DNA of 36,882 bases from Lachnospiraceae bacterium (lineage in GTDB: Bacteria > Bacillota > Clostridia > Lachnospirales > Lachnospiraceae), in assembly GCA_017461685.1 (NCBI GenBank), contig JAFTXF010000094.1, positions 1 to 36,882 of the forward strand, in the 5' to 3' direction. This document shows positions 27,901 through 36,882 of the stretch, piece by piece. The notes beneath the pieces were generated by a model, which worked only from the letters and a program-made list of their open reading frames with translations, was not told where the DNA came from and ran no database searches. The stretch's first letter is position 1. Each line of letters starts with the position of its first letter. Made by a program: the position numbers and the translations under genes.

Positions 27901-29208
27901 ATGTTCTCAAAAATATTGATTGCCAACCGCGGCGAAATTGCTGTCCGGATTATCAGAGCCTGTAAAGAAATGGGCGTTGCTACGGTGGCTGTATATTCCG
28001 AGGCGGATAAAAATGCCCTGCATGTAGCCTTGGCTGACCAAAGCTATTGTATTGGCGGTCCGGAAGCTTCGGAAAGCTATTTAAATGAAATGCAGATTAT
28101 CAGTACAGTAATTCTGGCAGGGGCCCAGGCCATTCATCCAGGCTACGGTTTTCTTTCGGAAAATGCACACTTTGCCCGACTTTGCAGAAAAAACGGACTG
28201 GTGTTTATCGGTCCCGAGCCGGAAAGCATGGAGGAGCTTAGCGATAAAGCCAAATTAAAAGAGCTGATTCGGAAAACCCGTCTTAACGTGATTCCCGGCA
28301 CGAAAACAGTGGCAAATGTGGAAGAAGCCCGAAAAGCAGCTTACATGATTGGATATCCCGTTATGTTAAAGGCCAGTGCCGGAGGCGGCGGAAGGGGTAT
28401 CCGCCTTGTAAGAACAGAGGATGATTTGGAAGAAGCCTATCTTCAGGCTACCGGTGAGGCGGTCAGTGCCTTTGGGGATGGCAGTGTGTATTTGGAAAAA
28501 TATATTTTCCCGGCCAGACACGTGGAATTGCAGATACTGGCAGATGAGCACGGAAATGTGGTATGCCTCGGTGACAGAGACTGCTCTTTACAGCGGCGCA
28601 ACCAGAAGCTGATTGAAGAAACTCCTTCTCCGGCTGTAGGCAGCGAGCAAAGAAGTGAAATTATTAAACTGGCAGTAGAGGCCGTAAAAAAAATCGGTTA
28701 TGTGGGCGCAGGTACTTTAGAATTTCTGCTGGATAAGGAAGGCAATTTCTGGTTTATGGAAATGAATGTCCGCTTACAAGTGGAGCATTCCGTGACCGAA
28801 ATGTTAACCGGTATAGATTTGGTGAAATGGCAGATACGTACTGCTGCCGGTATTCCATTAAGCTTTACACAAAAGGATATTGATATGCAGGGCTCAGCCA
28901 TAGAATGTCGTATCAATGCCTCCGGCTGTGGGACTCTTCGTATGCTGCATGTGCCGGGAGGACCCGCAGTAAGATTTGATACCAGCCTGATAGAAGGCAC
29001 TACGGTATCTCCGTATTACGATTCGCTGCTGGGCAAACTGATTGTTTTTGCCAAAACAAGAGAAGAAGCACTGCGGAAAATCCGGGCGTCACTCTGTGAG
29101 CTGGTCATTGAAGGCATTCCTACAAATATTGAAGAACAGCTCCGTATTGTGGAAGACGAGAGATTTACATCGGGAAATTACGATTTAACTTTTATGGGTA
29201 ATAGGTGA
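27901..29208 (+). CDS. accC: acetyl-CoA carboxylase biotin carboxylase subunit
   Basis: KILIANRGEIAVRIIRA N-terminus, GGGGRG ATP-grasp loop and EMNVRLQVEH. Confidence 0.9.
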   Translation: MFSKILIANRGEIAVRIIRACKEMGVATVAVYSEADKNALHVALADQSYCIGGPEASESYLNEMQIISTVILAGAQAIHPGYGFLSENAHFARLCRKNGLVFIGPEPESMEELSDKAKLKELIRKTRLNVIPGTKTVANVEEARKAAYMIGYPVMLKASAGGGGRGIRLVRTEDDLEEAYLQATGEAVSAFGDGSVYLEKYIFPARHVELQILADEHGNVVCLGDRDCSLQRRNQKLIEETPSPAVGSEQRSEIIKLAVEAVKKIGYVGAGTLEFLLDKEGNFWFMEMNVRLQVEHSVTEMLTGIDLVKWQIRTAAGIPLSFTQKDIDMQGSAIECRINASGCGTLRMLHVPGGPAVRFDTSLIEGTTVSPYYDSLLGKLIVFAKTREEALRKIRASLCELVIEGIPTNIEEQLRIVEDERFTSGNYDLTFMGNR

Positions 29209-29212
29209 AACA

Positions 29213-30064
29213 ATGGCTTTGATTAATTTTTTGAAACCCAAAAATCAATTGGAAGAAGGCGGTCGTACGGCAGCTCCCGTGCAACAGGATGCAGGGGAGC
29301 CGGAAAAGAAATGTCCGAACTGCCATAAAGATATACCTATCAGTCGTCTATGGGCAAACGACCTTGTTTGTCCTTGCGGGCATCATTTTCGTATGAAAGC
29401 ACGTCAGCGTATCAAAATGATTGCAGACAAAAAAAGCTTTCATGAATTATATTCTGAAATGAAATCCGGGAATCCTCTTCATTTCCCGGGATATAAAGAT
29501 AAAGTGGAAACCGTTCGTGTGGCCAGCGGAGAAGAGGAAGCAGTTATCTGCGGAACGGCGAAGATTGGGGAAGAGATGTGCTGCCTGTTTGTGATGGAAT
29601 CTTATTTTATGATGGGCAGTATGGGCAGTGCCGTGGGAGAAAAGATAACGTCCTTATTTGAATATGCCACGGAACATCGTCTTCCGGTAATTGGTTTCAC
29701 CGTTTCCGGAGGTGCCAGAATGCAGGAGGGGCTGCTCTCTTTGATGCAGATGGCCAAAACCAGTGCTGCAGTAAAGCGGCATAGCGATGCAGGATTATTA
29801 TATATTGCCGTGCTCACAGATCCTACCACCGGCGGTGTTACCGCAAGCTTTGCCATGGAGGCTGACATTATTCTGGCAGAGCCGGGAGCTACTGTTGGGT
29901 TTGCAGGAGCAAGAGTCATTGAGCAAACCACCAAAAAATCACTGCCGACTGGCTTCCAAAAATCAGAATTTGTGTTAGAGCACGGCTTCATTGATGGAAT
30001 CGTGAGCCGCTCTGATCAAAAGAAGCTGCTGACAGAGCTTCTCAGTATGCACAATGGAGGTTGA
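29213..30064 (+). CDS. accD: acetyl-CoA carboxylase carboxyltransferase beta subunit
   Basis: Zinc ribbon CPNCHK...CPCGHH and a carboxyltransferase core (SGGARMQEG). Confidence 0.9.
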   Translation: MALINFLKPKNQLEEGGRTAAPVQQDAGEPEKKCPNCHKDIPISRLWANDLVCPCGHHFRMKARQRIKMIADKKSFHELYSEMKSGNPLHFPGYKDKVETVRVASGEEEAVICGTAKIGEEMCCLFVMESYFMMGSMGSAVGEKITSLFEYATEHRLPVIGFTVSGGARMQEGLLSLMQMAKTSAAVKRHSDAGLLYIAVLTDPTTGGVTASFAMEADIILAEPGATVGFAGARVIEQTTKKSLPTGFQKSEFVLEHGFIDGIVSRSDQKKLLTELLSMHNGG

Positions 30065-30068
30065 AGAT

Positions 30069-30860
30069 ATGAGTGGGGTGCCTTATGAACGTGTAAAACT
30101 TGCCCGGGATAATGGAAGACCGACAGGGCTTGATTATATCAAAAATATTTTTAATGGATTTATAGAATTTCACGGGGACCGCCGTTTTGCAGATGATCCT
30201 GCTGTTGTGGGTGGAATCGCAAGGTTGAATAATCAGCCGGTTACCGTGATTGCTATTGAAAAAGGCCATACAGCAAAGGAGCGCGCTTACCGTAACTTCG
30301 GTGCGCCTCATCCGGAAGGCTACCGCAAGGCTCTCCGCCTGATGAAGCAGGCTGAGAAATTCGGAAGGCCGGTTATCTGCTTTATCGATACTTCAGGAGC
30401 CTATTGCGGTATCGGAGCCGAAGAGCGCGGTCAGGTGCAGGCAATTGCTGAAAATTTAATGGAAATGTCAACTCTTTGTGTGCCCGTGATTTCTATTCTG
30501 ATTGGAGAAGGCGGCAGCGGCGGTGCTCTTGCCCTTGCTGTAGCTGACAGGGTGTGGATGCTGAAAAATGCAGTGTATTCCGTTATTTCCCCGGAAGGAT
30601 GTGCCAGCATTCTGTGGAAGGACTCCGCGAAAGCGGAAGAAGCAGCGGCCAGTTTAAAGCTTACCGCAGAGGATGCTAAGAGTCTGGGTGTGATCGAACG
30701 CATCCTTTCAGAAAATGAAATGGGGAAAAAAGATTTTTATGACCGTATTCGAGGCCTTTTGACCGAAGAATTTAATGAGCTGTCAAAGGATCCTGATTTG
30801 ATCGGTAAGCGCTATGACCGCTTTCGCCATATCGGTGCTCATGCGGTAGTGAAGGAGTAA
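30069..30860 (+). CDS. accA: acetyl-CoA carboxylase carboxyltransferase alpha subunit (short N-terminus)
   Basis: [10 protein letters not shown] and [10 protein letters not shown] motifs. ATG 30069 is 8 nt after GGAGG. Confidence 0.85.
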   Translation: MSGVPYERVKLARDNGRPTGLDYIKNIFNGFIEFHGDRRFADDPAVVGGIARLNNQPVTVIAIEKGHTAKERAYRNFGAPHPEGYRKALRLMKQAEKFGRPVICFIDTSGAYCGIGAEERGQVQAIAENLMEMSTLCVPVISILIGEGGSGGALALAVADRVWMLKNAVYSVISPEGCASILWKDSAKAEEAAASLKLTAEDAKSLGVIERILSENEMGKKDFYDRIRGLLTEEFNELSKDPDLIGKRYDRFRHIGAHAVVKE

Positions 30861-30862
30861 AG

Positions 30863-32500
30863 ATGAGCATATACCAAAAGTTTTGTACGGAAATGATAGA
30901 TGAGGAGGGAAATCTCAAAAAACTCACCCTCGACTATCCTCATAACTTCAATTTTGCTTATGATGTGGTGGATGCTATTGCAGAAGAAACGCCGGATAAG
31001 CGGGCACTTGTTTGGTGCAATACGGAGAATGAGGAGCATATATTTACCTTTGAGGACATCAGCAAGTACAGCAATCAAATGGCAAATGTATTCCGGCAGG
31101 CAGGAATCGGTCGTGGAGACAGAGTCTTGCTAGTGCTGAAACGTCATTATGAATACTGGTTTGCAGCAGTAGCCCTTCATAAGCTGGGGGCTGTTATGAT
31201 TCCGGCTACGCATATGCTGACGGTAAAGGATTTTGTATACCGCATAAAAGCCTCAAAAGTGAAAGGCGTTGTATGTACTGCTCAAAATGATGTGCCGGAA
31301 AAAATAAAGGCGTCGCTGAAAGAAGCAGGCATGCAGGCAAAGCTTTGGTGCATACAGGCAGAGGTGGAGGAATTTGAAAATCTGACCGAGGCCATGAAAA
31401 CGGCGGACAGTGAATTGGCCCGTGCGGAAACTTTGGCCACGGACCCTATGATGTTATATTTCACCTCCGGTACTACCGGAAATCCAAAGGGTGTCATCCA
31501 CGATTTTACCTATCCGCTGGCACACATTGTTACCGCAAAATACTGGCAGCAGGCAGAAGAAGGGGGACTGCATTTTACCGTAGCAGAAACCGGCTGGGCA
31601 AAGGCATCCTGGGGTAAAATTTACGGCCAATGGCTGGTAGGCAGTGCTGTTATGGTGTATGATTTTGACAATTTTGATCCAAAGCAGCTGACAGCAATCA
31701 TTAACCGCTATGGGGTAACCAGCTTCTGTGCGCCGCCTACGGTCTACCGATACCTGGTGCGGAAAGGTATTCCCGAAATGCCTTCTTTAAAGCATGCTTC
31801 TACCGCCGGTGAAATGTTAGCACCGGAAGTATTCCGCAAATTTACGGAGGGCACGGGACTGCCTCTTTGTGAAGGCTACGGACAGACAGAAACTACCCTT
31901 CTTATGGCAAATTTTAAGGGAAAAGAGCCGGTAGAGGGCTCTATGGGAACGGTTTCGCCTTTCTATCATATTGAGCTTTTAGATAAACAAGGAGCTCCTG
32001 TAGCTGTGGGTGAAGTCGGTGAGGTTGTCATTGTTCCGCCCGAAAACGGCAGACAACCGGGTGTTTTTTGTGGCTATCTCGACAACGAAGAACAGTATAA
32101 TCATGTATGGCGGGGCGGTGTGTATCATACAGGAGATGCGGCATACAGGGATGAAAACGGTCTTTACTGGTTTCACGGACGATTTGACGATATCATTAAG
32201 ACCGGCGGTTTCCGTGTAGGACCTTATGAAGTGGAAAATGTTTTGATGGAGCATCCCGGTGTGGTGGAATGCAGCGTCATCGGTGTTCCGGATGCTTTAC
32301 GCGGTCAGGCAATCAAAGCAGTTATCGTGTTGGGTGCAGGATTTACGCCTTCCAAAGAACTGGAACTGGAAATCAAGGACTTCTGTAATAGAAAGCTGGC
32401 AGAATACAAGTGGATTCGCATTGTGGAGTTTGTGGAAGAAATGCCCAAAACCATCAGCGGTAAAATCAAAAAGACAGTGCTTCGAGAAGGCAATAATTAG
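30863..32500 (+). CDS. AMP-forming acyl-CoA synthetase (short/medium-chain ACSM-like)
   Basis: YFTSGTTGNPKG AMP-binding motif, GYGQTE, and C-terminal ISGKIKK. It starts 3 nt after the accA stop. Confidence 0.8.
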   Translation: MSIYQKFCTEMIDEEGNLKKLTLDYPHNFNFAYDVVDAIAEETPDKRALVWCNTENEEHIFTFEDISKYSNQMANVFRQAGIGRGDRVLLVLKRHYEYWFAAVALHKLGAVMIPATHMLTVKDFVYRIKASKVKGVVCTAQNDVPEKIKASLKEAGMQAKLWCIQAEVEEFENLTEAMKTADSELARAETLATDPMMLYFTSGTTGNPKGVIHDFTYPLAHIVTAKYWQQAEEGGLHFTVAETGWAKASWGKIYGQWLVGSAVMVYDFDNFDPKQLTAIINRYGVTSFCAPPTVYRYLVRKGIPEMPSLKHASTAGEMLAPEVFRKFTEGTGLPLCEGYGQTETTLLMANFKGKEPVEGSMGTVSPFYHIELLDKQGAPVAVGEVGEVVIVPPENGRQPGVFCGYLDNEEQYNHVWRGGVYHTGDAAYRDENGLYWFHGRFDDIIKTGGFRVGPYEVENVLMEHPGVVECSVIGVPDALRGQAIKAVIVLGAGFTPSKELELEIKDFCNRKLAEYKWIRIVEFVEEMPKTISGKIKKTVLREGNN

Positions 32501-32602
32501 GAAACAGACTTTAAAAAAGGCGTCGGCGTTGCATTAGAATAAGCGTAGACCGGGCGGCAGCTGGAAACGCGGACGGTAACTGGCATAGGCGACAGCTGGC
32601 AA

Positions 32603-32631
32603 TTGCATATTATCGGAAAATATGCTATATT
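32603..32631 (+). promoter_or_regulatory. candidate promoter of the PAS regulator gene
   Basis: TTGCAT, 17 nt, TATATT, with TGn extended -10. Confidence 0.4.
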
Positions 32632-32703
32632 AAAAAACACAGTAATTTTATTTCCGGATAATGGCATGGCTCTTTGAGCGTGTACTTGAATTAAGGAGAT
32701 GCT

Positions 32704-34710
32704 ATGAAAAATAAACTGACTATTACGGAGGATGTTTTAAATCAGAATATCAGTGGCTTTCATCAGTACATTTTGGAAGACCCTGTCCATGTATGCTTTG
32801 TCAGTCAAAATCTTTGCCATATGACAGGCTTTACAGCAGAGGAGCTTCTTAGCGAGGGCGAAGATTTATATGCACCTTTAGTGCATCCTCTGGACCGCCA
32901 GCAGTATATTCAATTTATATACAAATGTAAAACAAAAGAACAGACCGATACGCTACAATACCGTCTTATCAAAAAGGACGGTACTGTTCTTTATGTAAGC
33001 GATACAGTTACTTCCAAACGATTGGCGGACGGCACGCTTGCAGGTTATTCTGTGCTGACGGATATAACCAATCTGAAAAAAGAAAATAATAATCTGCGGT
33101 TTCTCAATGAAACCATTCCTTGCGGATTTTTGAAATATACCTGTGAAAAGCAGCCTAAAATTACATATATCAACAAGCAGATGAGGGAATTTTTACGTAT
33201 TCCGAAAGTACGTGAGGGAGAAATTGATTATCTGGAGCTTTACAAGGATAACATATTTTTGCTGATTCCTATGGAAGAACGGCGCAGATTTGCTTTGTAT
33301 CTGAATCGGGTGTATTCTGCCGGAGTACCGATGGCAGGTGAGATGCCTCTGCTTCGCTGTGACGGTACCAGGGCTTATGTCTTTGGCTGGGTAACCAAAT
33401 GTGTAAATGAACAAGGCATAGAGGAATTTCAAAGCGTCTGTATGGATATCACAGAGCGGCACCAGCAAAAAAAAGAGCAGGAAGCCAAGCGTTATCTTAA
33501 GGCACTCATGGACGTATATGATAAAATATTAGAATTTGACCTTTCAAGCAATACCGTAAAATGTTTGTACGGCCAGAATTCTCCTATGTTTAAATGGCTG
33601 GAAAACATCCCTATGCAGATGGAAGACGCAACCGAGAAATGGATCACCGGCACTGTGGTGGAAGAAGACCGTGCCGGAATCAGGGCGTTTTTTAAAGCTT
33701 TCAGTCAGGAAAAACTGTATCAATCCGACGAAAAACCTCCGCAGATATCCTACAGAGCATTATCCTCAAACGGCGAAATCAAGCGCTATAGCGGTATTTT
33801 CTTAAAGGCGGATAATTCAGTCAGTCTATATTGCTGCAGATGTGTTTCTGATCAGGAAGAGGCAGAAGCTTTAAGAAGTGAAAATGTTTCCCTGAAAGAG
33901 AATATGCAGGAGCTGGTTTTGAACTTCAAGGAAGGAATTGCCGCTTTTGAAGTAACTAAGGAATATGTGAAGCCTTTATACGCCAGCGAGAATGTTTGCG
34001 AATATTTCGGTTTTACCAAAGAAGAGTGGCTGCCGTTAATGCATAAAAACACACGAATTAAATAATTTGTTGCCCGAAGCGAAGCAGCATATGAGGAATT
34101 TGAAGTACTTTTGCAAAATGGTGAAGCAGAATTTTTATATTATGATTTTACGAAAGAATGTGAACGGCGCATCAAAGCTATTTGTTCTCCAAAAGCGCCT
34201 ACAGCGTCGCCTCGTTATGTGCTGCTATATAATGTAGATGATGAAGCGATGCCTTCGACAGATAATTGGTTGGATGACCATGCGGTTTATATCCGAACCT
34301 TTGGATATTTTGATGTTTTTGTGGGAGGAAAGCCTATTGCCTTCCGCAATAAGAAATCGAAGGAATTGTTTGCCCTGCTTGTAGACCGCCGTGGCGGATA
34401 TGTTTCTTCTCAAGAAGCTATCAGCTTTTTGTGGGAGGAGGAGCCTGTCAGCCCGGTAACTTTGGCAAGATACCGCAAGGTAGCACTAAGACTGAAAAAT
34501 ATTTTAGAAGAATACGGTATTTTGGATGTAATCGAGTCTGTGGACGGCAAACGCAGGATTGTCACAGAAAAGGTACAGTGCGATCTGTATGATTATCTTT
34601 CCGGAAGGGAAGAATTTAACCAGCTCTTTAAAGGCAATTATCTGACCAATTACAGCTGGGGCGAGAATACGCTGGCGGAGCTTACAGGAAATATTTTATA
34701 CGAAAAATAA
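32704..34710 (+). pseudogene. multi-PAS sensor fused to winged-helix (OmpR/SARP-type) DNA-binding domain, interrupted by in-frame TAA at 34063-34065
   Basis: ORFs 32704-34065 and 34111-34710 are in the same frame. Reading through the TAA gives ...FGFTKEEWLPLMHKNTRIK*FVARSEAAYEEFEVLLQNGEAEFLYYDF..., a continuous PAS-like segment. The C-terminus VYIRTFGYFDVFVGGKPIAFRNKKSKELFALLV is a winged-helix signature. Confidence 0.6.
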
Positions 34711-34723
34711 AGGACAGTAAGGC

Positions 34724-35272
34724 ATGAAAAAAGGACTGATTTTAGAAGGCGGTTCTATGCGCGGTATTCATGCGATGATTACCAGTGGAAATATATACAA
34801 TACGGATTTCTGTTATCATGAAGTTCCTTTAAAGCATGACCTGTTTGATTTTGAAACCTACAGGAACAATCCAATGGATTTTTATGTGGTATGCACGGAT
34901 ATAGAGAGCGGAAAGGCAGTATACAGAAAATACGAAGGCACGGAAGAACAGGGCTTTGACTGGATTCGTGCCGCTGCCTCTATGCCTCTGGTTTCCCGGA
35001 TTGTAGAAATAGACGGTTATAAGCTGTTAGACGGCGGTATTGCGGATTCTATACCGCTGAGATTTTTTGAGGATTCCGGATATGACAGAAATATCGTGAT
35101 ACTTACCAGGCCGGAAGATTACCGAAAAAAGAAAAACAGTCTGATGCCCCTTATGAAACGCAAATATAAGTAATATCCGAACTTTCTTGAGACCATGGAA
35201 AAAAGGCACGAGGTATACAATGAAACGCTGGAGTACATAGCAAAGTTTGTTGACAAACAGAAAAAAATGTAG
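34724..35272 (+). pseudogene. patatin-like phospholipase remnant (internal deletion, in-frame TAA, 3' truncation)
   Basis: It starts GLILEGGSMRGI (oxyanion loop) but lacks the G-x-S-x-G nucleophile. The DGG catalytic Asp region is kept (LLDGGIADSIP). TAA at 35171-35173 is followed in frame by YPNFLETMEKRHEVYNETLEYIAKF, which then ends at TAG 35270. Confidence 0.65.
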
Positions 35273-35278
35273 TATTAT
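35250..35278 (+). promoter_or_regulatory. sigma-A promoter of the mntP leader
   Basis: TTGACA, exactly 17 nt, TATTAT. It lies inside the tail of the patatin remnant. Confidence 0.6.
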
Positions 35279-35284
35279 GATTAT

Positions 35285-35360
35285 TAATGTGAGGGAGTAG
35301 CAAGCGCACCCTGCGTAACAAGTCAACATACTGACCTTTTGGGTCTGGCTTGTTTTAATT
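35285..35360 (+). promoter_or_regulatory. yybP-ykoY type Mn2+ riboswitch aptamer
   Basis: GGGAGUAGC and CAACAUAC conserved-loop-like motifs. AACAAGUC / GGCUUGUU helix. Located directly upstream of an MntP-family gene, a classic context for this riboswitch. Confidence 0.65.
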
Positions 35361-35364
35361 TGCG

Positions 35365-35412
35365 AGACTCATGTATGCTAAGGTTTAGCCATACATGGAG
35401 TCTATTTTTTTT
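35365..35412 (+). terminator. riboswitch expression-platform intrinsic terminator
   Basis: About 17-bp interrupted stem 35365-35403 (AGACTCATGTATG... / ...CATACATGGAGTCT) followed by ATTTTTTTT. Confidence 0.7.
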
Positions 35413-35421
35413 GCGCAGACG

Positions 35422-35458
35422 CCAAGTATGGTTCTTACCGTACTTGGATTTTTACTTT
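35422..35458 (+). terminator. second terminator-like hairpin in the mntP leader
   Basis: 11-bp stem 35422-35432 / 35437-35447 with loop TCTT, then ATTTTTACTTT. It ends 3 nt before the GGAGGG RBS. Confidence 0.45.
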
Positions 35459-35474
35459 GTGGAGGGATTTTAAA

Positions 35475-36059
35475 ATGGAGCTAGGTTTTACTTTCTTTTT
35501 TAACAGTATTTTACTGGGTGTGGGGCTTGCTATGGATGCCTTTTCCGTATCACTTGCCAACGGTCTGAACGAATCAAATATGAAAAAAGGCAAAATGTGC
35601 GGTGTCGCAGGTATTTTTTCTGCATTTCAGTTTGCGATGCCGATGATTGGATGGATTTGCGTTTCCACCATTGCACAGTATTTCGAAGCCTTCGAGAAAT
35701 GTATTCCGTGGATAGCTTTGGCGCTGTTAGGTTATATCGGCGGGGAGATGCTTTATGACGGCATCAAGAACCAAGACTGCGAAGAGGACAAGCCGGCAGT
35801 GGGATTTCGTGCACTTTTGGTACAGGGTGTGGCTACTTCGATCGACGCACTGTCTGTAGGATTTACCATTGCCGATTATAATCTGGTAGAGGCATTGCTT
35901 GCCTGCCTGTTGATTGGTATCGTGACGTTTTTTATCTGTTTTGCAGGCATTGCCATTGGCAAGAAGGCAGGAACAAAACTGGCGGGAAAGGCCGGTATTC
36001 TCGGTGGCGCGATTCTTATTTTTATCGGGTTGGAGATTTTTATAACAAGCTGGTTTTAA
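35475..36059 (+). CDS. mntP: manganese efflux pump MntP
   Basis: Two DUF204 repeats with LAMDAFSVS and TSIDALSVG motifs and about 6 TM segments. ATG 35475 is 8 nt after GGAGGG. Confidence 0.85.
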   Translation: MELGFTFFFNSILLGVGLAMDAFSVSLANGLNESNMKKGKMCGVAGIFSAFQFAMPMIGWICVSTIAQYFEAFEKCIPWIALALLGYIGGEMLYDGIKNQDCEEDKPAVGFRALLVQGVATSIDALSVGFTIADYNLVEALLACLLIGIVTFFICFAGIAIGKKAGTKLAGKAGILGGAILIFIGLEIFITSWF

Positions 36060-36133
36060 GGTGTACCGGTAATTGTGAAGCGCTGCAAGCGGCGGTGCCT
36101 CACAATGGTTTGTTACAATTGTATATTAGGAAA

Positions 36134-36163
36134 TAGGCGGCAGGGAGAAAACTCTGCCGCCTA
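36134..36163. terminator. GC-rich hairpin between mntP and the MarR gene (possible terminator)
   Basis: Stem TAGGCGGCAG / CTGCCGCCTA. There is no clear T-tract on either strand. Confidence 0.3.
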
Positions 36164-36188
36164 AATATTATGTTGAAAGAAGGGCCGG

Positions 36189-36217
36189 TTGACAATATTA
36201 GCAAGCTGGCGTATAAT
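36189..36217 (+). promoter_or_regulatory. consensus sigma-A promoter of the MarR gene
   Basis: TTGACA, 17 nt, TATAAT. Confidence 0.6.
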
Positions 36218-36267
36218 ACAAGAAGTTGAAAAAGCAACATCTAAGCATCAGCGTCAGGAGGGGCGAC

Positions 36268-36729
36268 ATGATTCATAGATTTGAACGGTTTTGCGGTGCG
36301 GTTACAGAAATCACCAGATGCTGGCACAAGCTTGCCGCAGAGGAAATGGAGAAATACGGACTTAGCGGTCCTCATGCGGTCTATTTGACCACATTATATC
36401 AATATACAGAAGGAATTACATCGGCAAAGCTCAGTGAAATCTGCGGTAAAAATAAATCTGACGTATCCCGGATGGTAGCTGTTCTGGAGCGCAGAGGACT
36501 CGTCAAAAGAGTACACGTACACAAGAATTTCTATCGTGCGCTGTTAAAGCTGACCGAAGAAGGCAGGACTGCTGCAGAGCAGGTAGAGGCAAAGGTCGCT
36601 GTGGCAGTGGAATATATAGGAAGAGGTATTACGGACGAGAACCGGGAGATTTTTTATAAGGTTTTGGAGCATATTTCCGGAAATATGCAAATACTTTGTG
36701 AAGAAGGTCTTCCGCAAAAACATATATAA
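36268..36729 (+). CDS. MarR-family transcriptional regulator
   Basis: Winged-helix segment ITSAKLSEICGKNKSDVSRMVAVLERRGLVKR. ATG 36268 follows AGGAGG; the track start 36226 is TTG. Confidence 0.8.
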   Translation: MIHRFERFCGAVTEITRCWHKLAAEEMEKYGLSGPHAVYLTTLYQYTEGITSAKLSEICGKNKSDVSRMVAVLERRGLVKRVHVHKNFYRALLKLTEEGRTAAEQVEAKVAVAVEYIGRGITDENREIFYKVLEHISGNMQILCEEGLPQKHI

Positions 36730-36841
36730 GTGTTCAGAATATTCTGCGGGATAATCATGTTTAAACCCATACGGCGGTTTTGCGTATACAGACTGCGGAA
36801 TCTATATAGAAAACTACAAAACACAGGGAGATAGTAAGTAC

Positions 36842-36882
36842 ATGAGAAAAAAATTTGGTGACAGGCAAGATGGGAAATTGCT
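36842..36882 (+). CDS. start of an unidentified gene (MRKKFGDRQDGKL...), continues beyond the window
   Basis: ATG preceded by GGGAG. Only 13 codons are visible. Confidence 0.35.
   Translation, partial: MRKKFGDRQDGKL

Noticed and set aside
34063-35173. TAA reassignment (alternative genetic code) as the explanation for the two in-frame TAA codons
   Set aside because: Many clearly complete genes in the window terminate at TAA where homologs end (for example ppaC, recJ, fmt, fabG and fabF), so TAA is a functional stop here.
1-36882. Hidden defence island, prophage, toxin-antitoxin pair or biosynthetic gene cluster
   Set aside because: Every ORF over about 100 aa with coding-like composition is accounted for by a recognisable housekeeping or regulatory family. 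Remaining track ORFs are antisense shadows inside those genes.

Overview
The window reads as a chromosomal, mostly housekeeping segment of a Clostridia (Lachnospiraceae-like) genome.

Gene content:
- Minus strand at the left end: dusB (partial), a small conserved ORF, birA and argF.
- A long plus-strand run follows: cytidylate-kinase-like ATPase, CBS-type family II pyrophosphatase, recJ, murE, priA, def, fmt, a Zn-peptidase, rsmB, rlmN, stp, prkC and rsgA.
- Next come a secreted CAP-domain protein with 33-nt tandem repeats and a complete type II fatty-acid synthesis/acetyl-CoA carboxylase cluster (acpP-fabK-fabD-fabG-fabF-accB-fabZ-accC-accD-accA) with an AMP-forming acyl-CoA synthetase appended.
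- The right end holds two decayed genes, each cut by an in-frame TAA (a multi-PAS/winged-helix regulator and a patatin-like lipase remnant), a Mn2+ (yybP-ykoY type) riboswitch in front of mntP, a MarR regulator and the first codons of another gene.

I see no rRNA or tRNA genes, no CRISPR array, no transposase, integrase or reverse-transcriptase gene, and no recognisable defence or toxin system.

The most unusual content is non-coding:
- Two diverged copies of a ~205-nt element, at 3587-3791 and 10084-10288. Each has a very long, locus-diverged but internally almost perfect stem capped by a conserved 96-nt core. The differences between copies are compensatory or fall in unpaired positions.
- An unrelated 50-bp near-perfect hairpin at 21504-21621.

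I could not assign either to a family from memory. They are the best candidates for something undescribed, but they could also be a MITE-like stem-loop repeat family. All functional statements come from reading motifs by eye; no searches were run.
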